Positions 27,852-38,123 of a stretch of DNA of 64,000 bases are shown piece by piece. The stretch's first letter is position 1. Every line of letters starts with the position of its first letter. Under the pieces are notes generated by a model. That model saw nothing but the letters and a program-made list of their open reading frames with translations. It searched no databases and had not been told where the DNA came from. Location of the stretch: IMG/VR virus record IMGVR_UViG_3300024496_000014; one strand, given 5' to 3'. The position numbers and the translations under genes were made by a program. The stretch comes from an uncultured virus (IMG/VR IMGVR_UViG_3300024496_000014) (Duplodnaviria; Heunggongvirae; Uroviricota; Caudoviricetes).

Positions 27852-28880
27852 TCAATTATTGTTTTCAGCATTTTTTAATATCTCTAATTTAGTTTGAAGG
27901 TTACGTTTAGCAATTTCAATTTTAATAGGACCTTCTTGTGCTGTTTTAATAGCATCGACAATGACAAATAATTTTCCATATTTTTGTACTGCATCGGCAG
28001 TATCTTTTACATCATTGTCCCACGTTGGAAAAGCTACCTTCCATCCTAATTCTTTGGCCTGTTCTATCAAAATTAAACCTGCTTTGTCTTGGTCAGGAAT
28101 CACAATAACTTCCTTGCCTAGACTATTAATTATCCTACTTTGTTGTTCAGAAACTTCATTAGTGAGAAGTGCAACACCGCCTACAGCTAATGCATCAAAT
28201 GGTCCTTCGCATACAAATACATATTTGTGATCTTCAGATTGTTCGTCAACATTAAAGACAAAAAACGGATGTTGATCTGATAGATATTTTGGTTTTCCGT
28301 CGGTGACTTTTCTGGCAGTATTGCCAACGATTTTTCCTTGATAGAAAAACGGAATAATGACTCGAGTTTCGTAACCGGCAGCAGGACTCCAATAAAAATG
28401 ATTATCTAATGGATCAAATCCTCTCAAAGATATGTATTCTATAACAGGATCTAACCAAAGAGCAGTCATGTCGTCATACATGTCAAGCCATTTGGCTATT
28501 GGCATTGCGCCTTCTGGAAGCTCTTTTTCTGTAAAGTCTACTTTAGGTTGGTATTGTTCAGGCTTGTACTCTTCGCTTTCTGTTTTAAGAGCTTCAAAGA
28601 TCATTTCTTTAACTATATCATCGCTGGCGCCCATCCATCGAACCAACGTTTTCATTTTTTCGCCAATTGGACTTCCTGGTTGCCATCCGGTGGTAAATTT
28701 GCAGTTAAAGCAGTTATAGACTATTCCGTTACCGTCGAAGCGAACGCCTGCCCGTTTACGAGTATCCGGACTATGTCCGCGATGCTGGCAACAAGGTGCG
28801 TTGAAACTGAGCCAACCAGAAGGGCTCGGTTTAGTTTTAACAGGAAGCAATCTACGAAATAAGTCTACGACCATAGTCAT
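27852..28880 (-). CDS. DNA primase (gp61-like)
   Basis: N-terminal Zn finger (CC...CFNC); TOPRIM EGPFDA and PDQDKAG. Confidence 0.88.
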   Translation of the reverse strand: MTMVVDLFRRLLPVKTKPSPSGWLSFNAPCCQHRGHSPDTRKRAGVRFDGNGIVYNCFNCKFTTGWQPGSPIGEKMKTLVRWMGASDDIVKEMIFEALKTESEEYKPEQYQPKVDFTEKELPEGAMPIAKWLDMYDDMTALWLDPVIEYISLRGFDPLDNHFYWSPAAGYETRVIIPFFYQGKIVGNTARKVTDGKPKYLSDQHPFFVFNVDEQSEDHKYVFVCEGPFDALAVGGVALLTNEVSEQQSRIINSLGKEVIVIPDQDKAGLILIEQAKELGWKVAFPTWDNDVKDTADAVQKYGKLFVIVDAIKTAQEGPIKIEIAKRNLQTKLEILKNAENNN

Positions 28881-28892
28881 AAACTTATTATA

Positions 28893-29723
28893 CTATCTGT
28901 ATAGTATCTTGTCAAATGTTCCTGTATTAGGAATTGCCGGTTTGTGTTTGACTCTTAACCATTTCCATTTTCCTTCAATATTTGAATAGGAAAGATTATT
29001 AGTGGTAAAGGTCAGTGTGTCCAATGTGGTCCAGGATGTTGGAGTTCCACCTTCAAACATACTACCTTCTATAGTAACTTCGCCGGAATAATTGGTCATA
29101 TAAAAAGCAAAGGTATGTGTGCTTTTTGATGTTGATAATTCATAACTAGCGTCAATTAAACTGCTATAATAAATTGGATTTCCGGTGTCACCTGTTACGC
29201 TAGGCTGTAATAATAAAAACTTTGTTATTTCAATACTATCTAACGGATCGCCTTGGGCATCTCCTTTAATCTCAATAACAGCTTCGGTGCCGTATTGGCT
29301 ATCAATGTATACCGGAGTTTTTTTGGCAACGTATTTGGTTGTATCTGCACTATCTAAAGTACGTTCTTCTTTATAGATGCTATATTGATAAAAACCAGGT
29401 CGTAAATCATAAAGTTCGCTGGCGGTTAACTCGACATTGAGTTTACCAGACGACAGCGTAACTACGGTACAATCTTTGGATAATACAAGTTCTCGATTTT
29501 CACGATTAACAAGATTAAAAACAAATGAATAGTTTTTGTTTGTTAAATCAATTGCTTTTTCGTCTGAATTTCTAACCTGTATATCTATAGGATTATCAAT
29601 ACCGCGATAAATTTTTATATTTCTATTATACACTCTACGATACCTCTCTGTTGTCCAAGATCCGGGAACATTTGTATAGACATCGATTCTATTTGGATAT
29701 AAATAAACTGGATTTAGTTGCAT
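28893..29723 (-). CDS. Hypothetical, possibly virion/baseplate-associated beta-rich protein
   Basis: 276-aa ORF; TAAATA upstream. Confidence 0.5.
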   Translation of the reverse strand: MQLNPVYLYPNRIDVYTNVPGSWTTERYRRVYNRNIKIYRGIDNPIDIQVRNSDEKAIDLTNKNYSFVFNLVNRENRELVLSKDCTVVTLSSGKLNVELTASELYDLRPGFYQYSIYKEERTLDSADTTKYVAKKTPVYIDSQYGTEAVIEIKGDAQGDPLDSIEITKFLLLQPSVTGDTGNPIYYSSLIDASYELSTSKSTHTFAFYMTNYSGEVTIEGSMFEGGTPTSWTTLDTLTFTTNNLSYSNIEGKWKWLRVKHKPAIPNTGTFDKILYR

Positions 29724-29752
29724 ACACTAGTGAGCCCTTTAGCATATTTAGT

Positions 29753-30124
29753 ATGAGAATAACAGAAAATTTACAACAAAACTTTCCTTTTATAAGTGTT
29801 ATAAACCACGTAAATCAAGAATACGTGGGTATTATCATTAATCAGGATGCGCAGGTAACCAGCTTTTACGATTACGTAGCATTACGGAGCGAAGAAGAAA
29901 AATCTAAGTTTTTAGAGCTTGGAGAAGCATGGTGGTGGGAATCAAATAGACAAATTCCTATCAACATATTCCTAGCTAAAGAAATACAGGTATTTAGATA
30001 CGCTATTAAAAATTTTGCAACTAAAGATGTAAGGGTAATGTTTGGACCGTGTACTAGTTTAAATGATATTATCACAAAAAGAATTAAGCGTAAATCAATT
30101 ACACTAGTTAGGCGAAGTACTTAA
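29753..30124 (+). CDS. Conserved phage hypothetical protein
   Basis: EYVGII.N...WWWESNRQIPINIFL motif. Confidence 0.65.
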   Translation: MRITENLQQNFPFISVINHVNQEYVGIIINQDAQVTSFYDYVALRSEEEKSKFLELGEAWWWESNRQIPINIFLAKEIQVFRYAIKNFATKDVRVMFGPCTSLNDIITKRIKRKSITLVRRST

Positions 30125-30699
30125 CTAAATCCGTAACTAACACCTTCGCAGATTAGATTCATCTGAACAACAATAGCCATGGCATATGCTGTAGCATGGC
30201 TTTTCTTAAAATAGTATTCGTCATTCTCCGGTTTCGTCCATACTTCCGTCATCACCGTAGTCCAATCTTTGCCAATCAGATAACGTTTCGCTGGGCGTAT
30301 CATTGCTAGAATGGCCGCCAGTTGTTCCACACTCTTTGGCTTCATTTGTCTTAATATAGAACCATGCCCGTTTACGTGAAAGAGTAAGTTGACGAAATCG
30401 TCTTGCTCTAAAAGATCCCATAGTGGCTCCGTATTCATTAGTTGGATAAGATGTTCTTCATTACGTACACCTTTGTATATGTGAACATTTAAAAAATCTA
30501 TCTTAAAATAACCTAAATCCTCTGCCTGATCGTAAGGAATAGAACAAAGTCCAGAAACGGCATCAACAGGAACATCGTGTAGGTATATTCCTGTATTATG
30601 TTTGACTAATTTAGTATCTTCAAGTCTACTTGCAGATGTAGTCTTAAAAAATTTAAGAGCCTCGTCTCTGTTAACAAAGTCTATATCGATATCTGGCAT
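30121..30699 (-). CDS. Minimal DNA polymerase III alpha (DnaE)-like catalytic protein
   Basis: PDIDIDF, KH.TG, KIDFL, AMIRP, FKKSHA.AYA motifs in 192 aa. Confidence 0.82.
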   Translation of the reverse strand: MPDIDIDFVNRDEALKFFKTTSASRLEDTKLVKHNTGIYLHDVPVDAVSGLCSIPYDQAEDLGYFKIDFLNVHIYKGVRNEEHLIQLMNTEPLWDLLEQDDFVNLLFHVNGHGSILRQMKPKSVEQLAAILAMIRPAKRYLIGKDWTTVMTEVWTKPENDEYYFKKSHATAYAMAIVVQMNLICEGVSYGFS

Positions 30700-30923
30700 T
30701 ACTGCAACCTAGTGCTTTCAAATAATAATAAAGGTAGTGTGTCTGCTAAGAATTGTGCATATTCTTCGGCATCTTCTTCGTCGTCAAACCCGCTAAATTT
30801 AACATAAACATCGGGCGAATCAGAACCAACCACTACCTCAATATCAATGTCATCCCTTGAAATAAATTCCTCGTTTTCTTTAAGTTCTTCTTCTACTATC
30901 TCTTCTTTTTGTCGTTTTGGCAT
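30699..30923 (-). CDS. Acidic hypothetical protein
   Basis: ORF coupled to neighbours. Confidence 0.55.
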   Translation of the reverse strand: MPKRQKEEIVEEELKENEEFISRDDIDIEVVVGSDSPDVYVKFSGFDDEEDAEEYAQFLADTLPLLLFESTRLQ

Positions 30924-31606
30924 TATTGTATCTTCGCCTCCTTGATGACATCTTTAACTAATTCAATATCGGCGGGCAGTGATTTAAAACGTCTAAGCCA
31001 GAACTGAGGATCAATAACTGGACCAACTATTTCTAACTGCTCGTCGTTCATGCGTGTAAGCATGTCTTTACCAGACTTGCTATTTAACAATATCCATGGA
31101 CTAATTAATCCTTCTCGAATATCGTGAGCAGCTCTATTTAAATTAACAAATGCAAAATAATGTTCCCACGGAGCATTGTTTTTTTCACCCCAATCCATCA
31201 TAGTTGATATAGTTCTTTGAATTGCTCCGTCTGCAGGTTCTTTCTTAATCATCTCGGTGATATAAGTTTCGTACAATTCATCTCTACACCAGTGGTCTAA
31301 TTTCACCCCACTTCGTAAAACGTAGTCTATAAACATTTCCGGATAAATGGGGGCGGTGTTAACTAAAAAACTTCCAAATTTTACAAATGCTGTGTAATAA
31401 GGACTTGATGCAAATTCGTCAAAGGTTTTTTGAACTTTTCCTTTGCTAGACAATTCATAAAATTTCTGAAATGTTAAAAGTCCTGCCTGAACATGTTTTT
31501 CATTTTTGGCTAGGTATCGACGTTTTTGTTCACAAATATGCACGGTCAAAGTTTTTTCTTTGACAAATTCCTTACCGCAATGCTCGCATTTAAAATTTGA
31601 TTGCAT
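30923..31606 (-). CDS. Zinc-finger protein
   Basis: FKCEHCGKEF..EKTL.VH.C. Confidence 0.7.
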   Translation of the reverse strand: MQSNFKCEHCGKEFVKEKTLTVHICEQKRRYLAKNEKHVQAGLLTFQKFYELSSKGKVQKTFDEFASSPYYTAFVKFGSFLVNTAPIYPEMFIDYVLRSGVKLDHWCRDELYETYITEMIKKEPADGAIQRTISTMMDWGEKNNAPWEHYFAFVNLNRAAHDIREGLISPWILLNSKSGKDMLTRMNDEQLEIVGPVIDPQFWLRRFKSLPADIELVKDVIKEAKIQ

Positions 31607-32069
31607 TGATTTCTTTTTTATCCCAACCAAGTGACGCACAATATTCCTTAATTTCTTTATCGGTAGATATCATGGCAAGAGTCTCGACATCCGACCATTT
31701 CATGTTTGGAAATAAATTTGCTAAAAACTCTTCTTTTTTGTTTTTCTCACGTTTTAAAGGAAGCCATTCGTGAAAATATGTTTTCTTAGTTTCGTGAGAG
31801 CATAAACACAAAGACTGCCATAAAAGTTTAGGATGTTTTTGTATTCCTGCCCAATTCTTGTTATAAAATTCATTTACGGTTAATACAAAATGTTCTTGTA
31901 ATTCTCGATTACTCGATTTTACATTACTAATATAACGTGTAAGATTCCACAAGTCGCCTTTGATTTCTTTACGACCATCTTCTGTAGCAGCATCCCAAAG
32001 TTCTTTTAATCCCATGTCCACTGCTGGGATCATATCTTTAAAAAGGTCTACGTGTTTATTCTTGCCCAT
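31590..32069 (-). CDS. Conserved hypothetical, possible clamp-loader small subunit-like
   Basis: N...N..W....KHPKL.W pattern and replication-cluster context; weak. Confidence 0.35.
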   Translation of the reverse strand: MGKNKHVDLFKDMIPAVDMGLKELWDAATEDGRKEIKGDLWNLTRYISNVKSSNRELQEHFVLTVNEFYNKNWAGIQKHPKLLWQSLCLCSHETKKTYFHEWLPLKREKNKKEEFLANLFPNMKWSDVETLAMISTDKEIKEYCASLGWDKKEINAIKF

Positions 32070-32340
32070 TATTTTTACTCAGGTAATACAACATTTTAAC
32101 ACGATTAAGCGCCTCGTGTAAAGCAGGATTAGTCTTCGCGGCCTGCCGAATATTGTACCAAAGTTGATTTTCTAAAATGCTTTCTCTTGAAGCACCGCGA
32201 ACTCTTGACGGATTATCTTCGGGTATCCAGTCCCACCCTATTGGCATTCTTTCTTCAACCGGTGCACCTTTTTCTCGAGCATATACAACACCTTCTTGGC
32301 GTTCATAGATATACTCGGCACCTGGTTTAAGACTGCCCAT
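32056..32340 (-). CDS. Hypothetical protein
   Basis: YIYER..GVVYARE.G motif. Confidence 0.6.
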   Translation of the reverse strand: MGSLKPGAEYIYERQEGVVYAREKGAPVEERMPIGWDWIPEDNPSRVRGASRESILENQLWYNIRQAAKTNPALHEALNRVKMLYYLSKNNGQE

Positions 32341-32683
32341 GATTATATCCCACCGTTTCTCTTTCAATGTCGTCATGATCAAATTCTGCCCAATACAATT
32401 CAAATGCTACCGTATCTTCAAGGGCTTCAAATTGATGATATTCGCCAGGCATCACTTTAGTAAAATCGCCTGCTTCTAAGATAGTCTCATCGACAAGATC
32501 GTAGTTGTTTTTCCAAACACGAATAATAAGTTTACCTGATTCAACAAAAAATCCATTCCACTTATATTTGTGTTTATGCTTTGAACAGACGCCGCCTTTC
32601 CGGGCTTCAATACGGTGAAACTCTAATACACCATTGGCTTCAAGGAGTTCTGTTTGACCCCACACTTTACCTGCTTTCATCAT
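32327..32683 (-). CDS. Cupin domain protein
   Basis: KVWG, CSKHKH..K...F.VESG, PGEYHQF. Confidence 0.8.
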   Translation of the reverse strand: MMKAGKVWGQTELLEANGVLEFHRIEARKGGVCSKHKHKYKWNGFFVESGKLIIRVWKNNYDLVDETILEAGDFTKVMPGEYHQFEALEDTVAFELYWAEFDHDDIERETVGYNHGQS

Positions 32684-32690
32684 AATCCTT

Positions 32691-33197
32691 TTAAATGACC
32701 TTATCGAGTTGAAGTATCTCGCATTGTCTACTTACTTCTTTAACAAAAAATGCACACGGAGGATTATCTCCGTCGTGCAATGGAACCGTGAGCATATGTC
32801 CGTTTTTCATTTTAGGAAAATACCAACGAACATCTTGATAGATATTAATAATTTCAATAGGAAAATATTCTGCCTTAAATCCTTTAATAGGATTAAAAAT
32901 AAGAGCATCAAATCCCCGTTCATTGATGCTAGTTAACGGCAATACTTCTGGATCTAATCCGCAGTCTTTATCCCCTACTACCATACACCAATCCAAAGGC
33001 ATTTGTACTTCATACCCGCCAATGTTTAATAAAATGGCTGGGCTATTAAATGACTCTAAAAATATTAGAGGCATAAAATAAAAATCTGGTTCGCTAGGGT
33101 TAGAATTATCTAATACACTAAATCTCGTATCTTCATCTACCTCTTCTGGTAAATCATTTAAATCAAATGATTTATTGTTTAATGTTAAAATTCTCAT
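32691..33197 (-). CDS. Conserved hypothetical protein
   Basis: 168-aa ORF coupled to UvsW. Confidence 0.6.
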   Translation of the reverse strand: MRILTLNNKSFDLNDLPEEVDEDTRFSVLDNSNPSEPDFYFMPLIFLESFNSPAILLNIGGYEVQMPLDWCMVVGDKDCGLDPEVLPLTSINERGFDALIFNPIKGFKAEYFPIEIINIYQDVRWYFPKMKNGHMLTVPLHDGDNPPCAFFVKEVSRQCEILQLDKVI

Positions 33198-34648
33198 GTT
33201 GTTACCTTTGTAATTGTGAAAGGATATTTTGCTTCTTTATAATATTTTTTCCTTTCAGTTAAATGCCGTTTGGCATATTTGCATGTAGAGGTAATATCCC
33301 AAATCTCTACATGGTCTTTGTCTTCTGCTTTTCTAATGCCTCGTCCAATAGATTGGATAACGCGGACAAAGCTCTTTCCGGGCTCAATAAGAACCAGATT
33401 AAAAATCCTTGGAATATTAATACCCACAGCGGCCACACCGTAAGTCGCCACAATAATCTTGTCATCACTTGTTTTAACATCATCGTATTCTTCTTTCCTG
33501 TCATCTAATTTAACAGAGCCGTTGATAAAGACCGCACCGGGTAGTAGGTTAATTAACTTGTCTCCTGTGTCAATCCTGTTGACTAAGACAAGTGTATTTC
33601 CTGAAGTGGAAATATCTTTAACCTTATTTGCAATCCAACTAATTCTAGTAGGATCGGTAACTAACCATGAATATTCTTCGGCGTAACTTCTGAATACTTC
33701 TATGTTGTTAGTTTGTAAAATATTAATATTGAGTTGAGCAAGAACATCTTTTTGTTGTAAATCATAAGCAGATACACGATTAATAACTGGACCTATACTT
33801 GCAAGTATGCCTTGAAACTCCCAAGCTTCTTTAGGTATGGTGCCTGTTAATCCCCAACGTATAGCGCAGTTTTTAAAATTTTGAGTCAATAATTTTGTTA
33901 AAACATCTGCTTTGGCCTGATGAACTTCGTCAACAATAATAGCCACAACCCCTTCGCAAAATTCTGCAAGGCTAAGACTTTCTTCATCATAGCTTTTTTT
34001 GTCTAATACATTAAGACTTTGCCATGTACAGATAGTGTGTGTTCGATTTAATTCTTTTCGATCACCGAAATACACACCAACATCTAAACCTAGGTTTTTG
34101 TAGTCTTCTTCAGTCTGGACAACAAGCGATTTGTTCGGAACAATAACCATCGTACGACCATACGGTTCACAAAGATGCGACAACGTCGCTGTAGTAATCG
34201 TTTTACCTGCACCTGTTGCTACCTCCTGTAAGGCTTGTTGATTTTCTAAAAATTTATTAACAACATCGTATTGATAATCTCTCAATATGATAGGTTTACC
34301 TGCTTCTGGATGACCTTTTGGCCATGTCTTGCCTTTGTCAGCCCAATAGTTTTCATTTATTTGCTTAAAGTCAAACGCATGAGGTTGTCTTAGATCCTCT
34401 ACATCAATATCAAATCCTGATTCTTCAATAATAGGTAATATAACATCTAAGTGTGCTAGATATCCATTGCCGCCAATACCAAAATATGTTTTAGTACCGT
34501 CCCATCTACCTAGTTTGTAAGCGGGCATATGACGTGCATAGGGAAGGTCATACTTGAGTTTGTTTGCTAGCTTTCTTCGAACTTCAACAGGCAAACCGTC
34601 AAGTTTAATATTAACCTCATCCTTAATTATTAATTTACAAGTCGACAA
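33194..34648 (-). CDS. uvsW: UvsW-like SF2 DNA helicase
   Basis: LRDYQ, ATGAGKT, DEVH, GLTGT, QSIGRGIR. Confidence 0.9.
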   Translation of the reverse strand: MSTCKLIIKDEVNIKLDGLPVEVRRKLANKLKYDLPYARHMPAYKLGRWDGTKTYFGIGGNGYLAHLDVILPIIEESGFDIDVEDLRQPHAFDFKQINENYWADKGKTWPKGHPEAGKPIILRDYQYDVVNKFLENQQALQEVATGAGKTITTATLSHLCEPYGRTMVIVPNKSLVVQTEEDYKNLGLDVGVYFGDRKELNRTHTICTWQSLNVLDKKSYDEESLSLAEFCEGVVAIIVDEVHQAKADVLTKLLTQNFKNCAIRWGLTGTIPKEAWEFQGILASIGPVINRVSAYDLQQKDVLAQLNINILQTNNIEVFRSYAEEYSWLVTDPTRISWIANKVKDISTSGNTLVLVNRIDTGDKLINLLPGAVFINGSVKLDDRKEEYDDVKTSDDKIIVATYGVAAVGINIPRIFNLVLIEPGKSFVRVIQSIGRGIRKAEDKDHVEIWDITSTCKYAKRHLTERKKYYKEAKYPFTITKVTT

Positions 34649-35816
34649 TATTCCTATCCTTTTGAACAGCTGGTTTTACATCGCTTAGATATAAAACACA
34701 ATAGTGGTTATCAATCCACGTTTGAGACATATTGCTCATAGGAGGAAAAGATTTGTTCACTACTATAATACTAACATCGTCTTCTTCTTTAATCAACCAC
34801 TTTGCAGGCTTTTTAAAGATTAGTAATCTACCTTCAGACAAATCTCCACCGAGACCCGAAGCTCTAACCCATTCGTTGAACTTTGGATCTTCGTCGTTCC
34901 TACTTCGAAAACAAATTTTTATTTCCTCTTTGCTAACTCCATTGTTAATGGCGGAGATAACAAACGACTCTAACCAACTTTTTAAATGATTATCTTCACT
35001 GACTATTAAAATAACTTTTTTCTTTACGGTTTTATACAAATTAAAAAATTTACTAAAATCGTCGGTCCAAAAATAATTTGTATTATATGAGGCTACTCTA
35101 TGAATAAGATTTTTTGATGTAGACCCGTACAATACATAACCCATACGCTTTGCCAGCATTAGGTCGTGATCTAATTCTTTTAATTTTCTAGAATCAAAAT
35201 ACTCTTGTGCAGACGAAGTTGCGTTTTGTAATACTACTTCATCGTTTACAATTTTGCAGGCTGGAGCATAATACTCTGCGTCGTTCCAAATCTGTTCAAC
35301 ATCTGCTAGTGCATGATTAAATGATTCGTCAATATTAAATCCGTGTCTAATTGCAAATTCATTTACTAAAATTAAATTTAAATCGTAGATGTTATATTTT
35401 CTAACTTTATCGTCTGGATTCCAAAGAGATCGATCTTCTCTGTTATTTTTAAGAACTTCTTTTTCAAAAACTTCTTTAAGAGAATAAGGATGTTTTAAGC
35501 ATAACCAAAGTTTATCATTTTTGTCTTTTTCAACAAAAATGCTTTTAGTCATATCTAAATTTCTAAAAGGATTTTTCCATGTTGCGTTTTGTAATCTAAA
35601 ATTTAAATTTAATTGTCGTGTACTAAAATGATTTTTATATTTTTCCATTAACTTGATAACATAGTTTGCCTGCGCTTGGGTAAGATTTTTGTTATCTGCA
35701 ATTAAATTGAAAAAATTTGTCAATACGACAATGTCCTGATTATTCAAGAAATTTGTAGATATAACCGAAGTATAAAATTCGGTAAAGATGTCTTCGAAAT
35801 ATTCATTCGCCGCCAT
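34635..35816 (-). CDS. Hypothetical protein
   Basis: 393-aa ORF. Confidence 0.6.
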   Translation of the reverse strand: MAANEYFEDIFTEFYTSVISTNFLNNQDIVVLTNFFNLIADNKNLTQAQANYVIKLMEKYKNHFSTRQLNLNFRLQNATWKNPFRNLDMTKSIFVEKDKNDKLWLCLKHPYSLKEVFEKEVLKNNREDRSLWNPDDKVRKYNIYDLNLILVNEFAIRHGFNIDESFNHALADVEQIWNDAEYYAPACKIVNDEVVLQNATSSAQEYFDSRKLKELDHDLMLAKRMGYVLYGSTSKNLIHRVASYNTNYFWTDDFSKFFNLYKTVKKKVILIVSEDNHLKSWLESFVISAINNGVSKEEIKICFRSRNDEDPKFNEWVRASGLGGDLSEGRLLIFKKPAKWLIKEEDDVSIIVVNKSFPPMSNMSQTWIDNHYCVLYLSDVKPAVQKDRNIVDL

Positions 35817-35846
35817 AATAATATTATAGCAGAAATAATTTAAAAA

Positions 35847-36686
35847 TCAAGACTTTTGTAAAATATTTACTAACCTTTTTTGAGGAATTCCGTCAACCAT
35901 TTCTGATAATAACCACTCGGTATGACAAAGTTTTTTGAACCAGTCGCTCCGTTCAGGAATAATTGGGTTTTCTATATTTTCAAAGTTATTAGAAAGTTCG
36001 CCTGCAAGACTTGTTTGATCGCAAATTACAGGTACACCGTTAATTGATGCTTTAACTGCTGGACCACTATTAAAATTTACTACACAATGATAATTATAAT
36101 CTATATCAAAATCATCGTAGGTATTTGCCACTAATCTTGGATATTGTACCAACACATTTGGAGAATTTACAACTACAGGCGACCGTGGATGTGGCCTTAC
36201 AACAATTAACCTATCAGTATATTTTCTTATTTCTGCTACGGTATTTTTTACCCAAACAGACATAGACGGTTGACCAACCCACTGGAGGCTTTTTTCATGC
36301 TGACTAGCAATTAGTATTTCTTTTCGTCGTAGTGTATTTTCTGGTTTTAATTGAATATTTAATTTTTGTGGTCGTGCTTCGTCAATCTCATCTTGATTTC
36401 CAAATTCACCTAGGCCGTTAATATTATTTAAACTAACCCTCCACGTTAATCCTCTAACCAAATTTCCAACTTCAATAATCATCACAGGAATATTAGCTGC
36501 TTGGCATTGTTCGTAAACAGATTTATTACTAAACATTCTTCCATGCCAAAGTACGCTCCAGATAACAGCTACATCTTCTTCCTTATCGACAATAGTATGT
36601 CCTAATTTTTTTAGTCCAAGTTCAAAGGCATCAAATACAGGCCCACTATTCATGGCTCCATACTTTCTATACAATTTAAATTTCAT
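35847..36686 (-). CDS. Capsule-biosynthesis (KpsS/KpsC-like) GT-B glycosyltransferase
   Basis: Q...S.Q, VRPHP, VNFNSGPAV..SINGVPV. Confidence 0.62.
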   Translation of the reverse strand: MKFKLYRKYGAMNSGPVFDAFELGLKKLGHTIVDKEEDVAVIWSVLWHGRMFSNKSVYEQCQAANIPVMIIEVGNLVRGLTWRVSLNNINGLGEFGNQDEIDEARPQKLNIQLKPENTLRRKEILIASQHEKSLQWVGQPSMSVWVKNTVAEIRKYTDRLIVVRPHPRSPVVVNSPNVLVQYPRLVANTYDDFDIDYNYHCVVNFNSGPAVKASINGVPVICDQTSLAGELSNNFENIENPIIPERSDWFKKLCHTEWLLSEMVDGIPQKRLVNILQKS

Positions 36687-36729
36687 AGTTTTTTGAATTA
36701 TAAATAACAGAGTATTTAATTCTAATTCA

Positions 36730-37146
36730 ATGAGTAAATTTGAAAAAACGTTAAGAAAGAAAGTAGGAAAGCCCCAAAATACTATTCTATTGGGATTAGG
36801 GCCTAGCGAGATTGAAACAGCATCAAACGTTTTTCAATCTGTATTTGTATTTTCTTCTATAGATCAGTCGTTTAAAAATAGAAACGTAATCTATTTTGAA
36901 AACTTTAACGATATGGCCAAATTACCGGAAGTAAATTTTATACTTATTAATCCTGAAAATATTAAAGAAATGCCAAATATTACACCAATATTAAAAAATT
37001 CAAAACCGCTGGTTATGATACTTTCAGGGGAATATATACATAAACGTTTTTCAAAGTGGCTAATTGAAGAAATGCATTATGAACTAGTTGAACTCGACAC
37101 TCATCGTCAACTATGGAAAAAGAAACGATTATTAGGACAATTATGA
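36730..37146 (+). CDS. Hypothetical protein (possibly degenerate methyltransferase fold)
   Basis: ORF; ILLGLG motif only. Confidence 0.45.
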   Translation: MSKFEKTLRKKVGKPQNTILLGLGPSEIETASNVFQSVFVFSSIDQSFKNRNVIYFENFNDMAKLPEVNFILINPENIKEMPNITPILKNSKPLVMILSGEYIHKRFSKWLIEEMHYELVELDTHRQLWKKKRLLGQL

Positions 37147-38123
37147 AAAAGACAGCATTTGTAACAGGAATGACAGGACAAGACGGTCCATATCTTGCTA
37201 AACTTCTTCTAGAAAAAGATTATAAAGTATATGGTCTTGTAAAAAGATATTCTAATCCAAATTTAGATAATATCAAATATTTAGGTATTGAAAACGACAT
37301 TGAGTTGATCACCGGCGATATTACAGACGACGGATGTATCAACCATTTAGTTAAAAGTCTTAAACCAAATGAATTTTATAATCTTGCCGCTCAAAGTTTT
37401 GTAGGAGCAAGCTGGGACCTTAATAAATTAACCACTGAAGTTAATGCTGTTGGCCCTTTAAATAATCTTAATGCTATTAAGCAGCATAGTCCAGAAACAA
37501 AATATTATCAAGCAAGCACTTCCGAAATGTACGGTAATAGCATTGAAATTTCCGGAGGACACCAAGACGAAACAACACCGTTCTGGCCCCGTAGTCCATA
37601 CGGAGTTGCAAAATTATATGCTTACTGGATCACCGTAAATTTTAGAGAAAGTTACGGAATTCATGCTTCAAATGGAATATTGTTTAATCACGAAAGTCCT
37701 ATTCGAGGTAAAGAATTTGTTACAAGAAAAATTACAGATGGCGTAGCAAAAATTAAATGTGGCCTTGCTGACAAAATTACTTTAGGTAATTTAGATTCTA
37801 GAAGAGACTGGGGTTTTGCCGGTGATTTTGTTGAAGCTATGTGGTTAATGTTACAACAAGACGAACCGGGCGATTATGTTATTGCCACAGGAGTTCAATA
37901 CACTATTGGTGATTTATTAGAACGTGCATTTAGATATGCAGGCATCGAAGACTGGGAAAAATATATTGAATCAGATCCAAGATTTAAGAGACCGGCAGAG
38001 CTTTATAGCCTTTGTGGAAACCCCGCTAAAGCAGAAAATGTCCTTGGGTGGAAACGTAAAACTAGTTTTGACGATCTAGTTAAAATGATGGTTGAAGCAG
38101 ATATCAAACGTTATACTAAATGA
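37143..38123 (+). CDS. gmd: GDP-mannose 4,6-dehydratase
   Basis: TGMTGQDG, NLAAQSFV, QASTSEMYG, SPYGVAK, NHESPIRG, RDWG. Confidence 0.95.
   Translation: MKKTAFVTGMTGQDGPYLAKLLLEKDYKVYGLVKRYSNPNLDNIKYLGIENDIELITGDITDDGCINHLVKSLKPNEFYNLAAQSFVGASWDLNKLTTEVNAVGPLNNLNAIKQHSPETKYYQASTSEMYGNSIEISGGHQDETTPFWPRSPYGVAKLYAYWITVNFRESYGIHASNGILFNHESPIRGKEFVTRKITDGVAKIKCGLADKITLGNLDSRRDWGFAGDFVEAMWLMLQQDEPGDYVIATGVQYTIGDLLERAFRYAGIEDWEKYIESDPRFKRPAELYSLCGNPAKAENVLGWKRKTSFDDLVKMMVEADIKRYTK

Noticed and set aside
32691..33197. Hint/intein-like domain next to UvsW
   Set aside because: No N-terminal Cys/Ser or C-terminal HN motif; only a vague beta-rich resemblance
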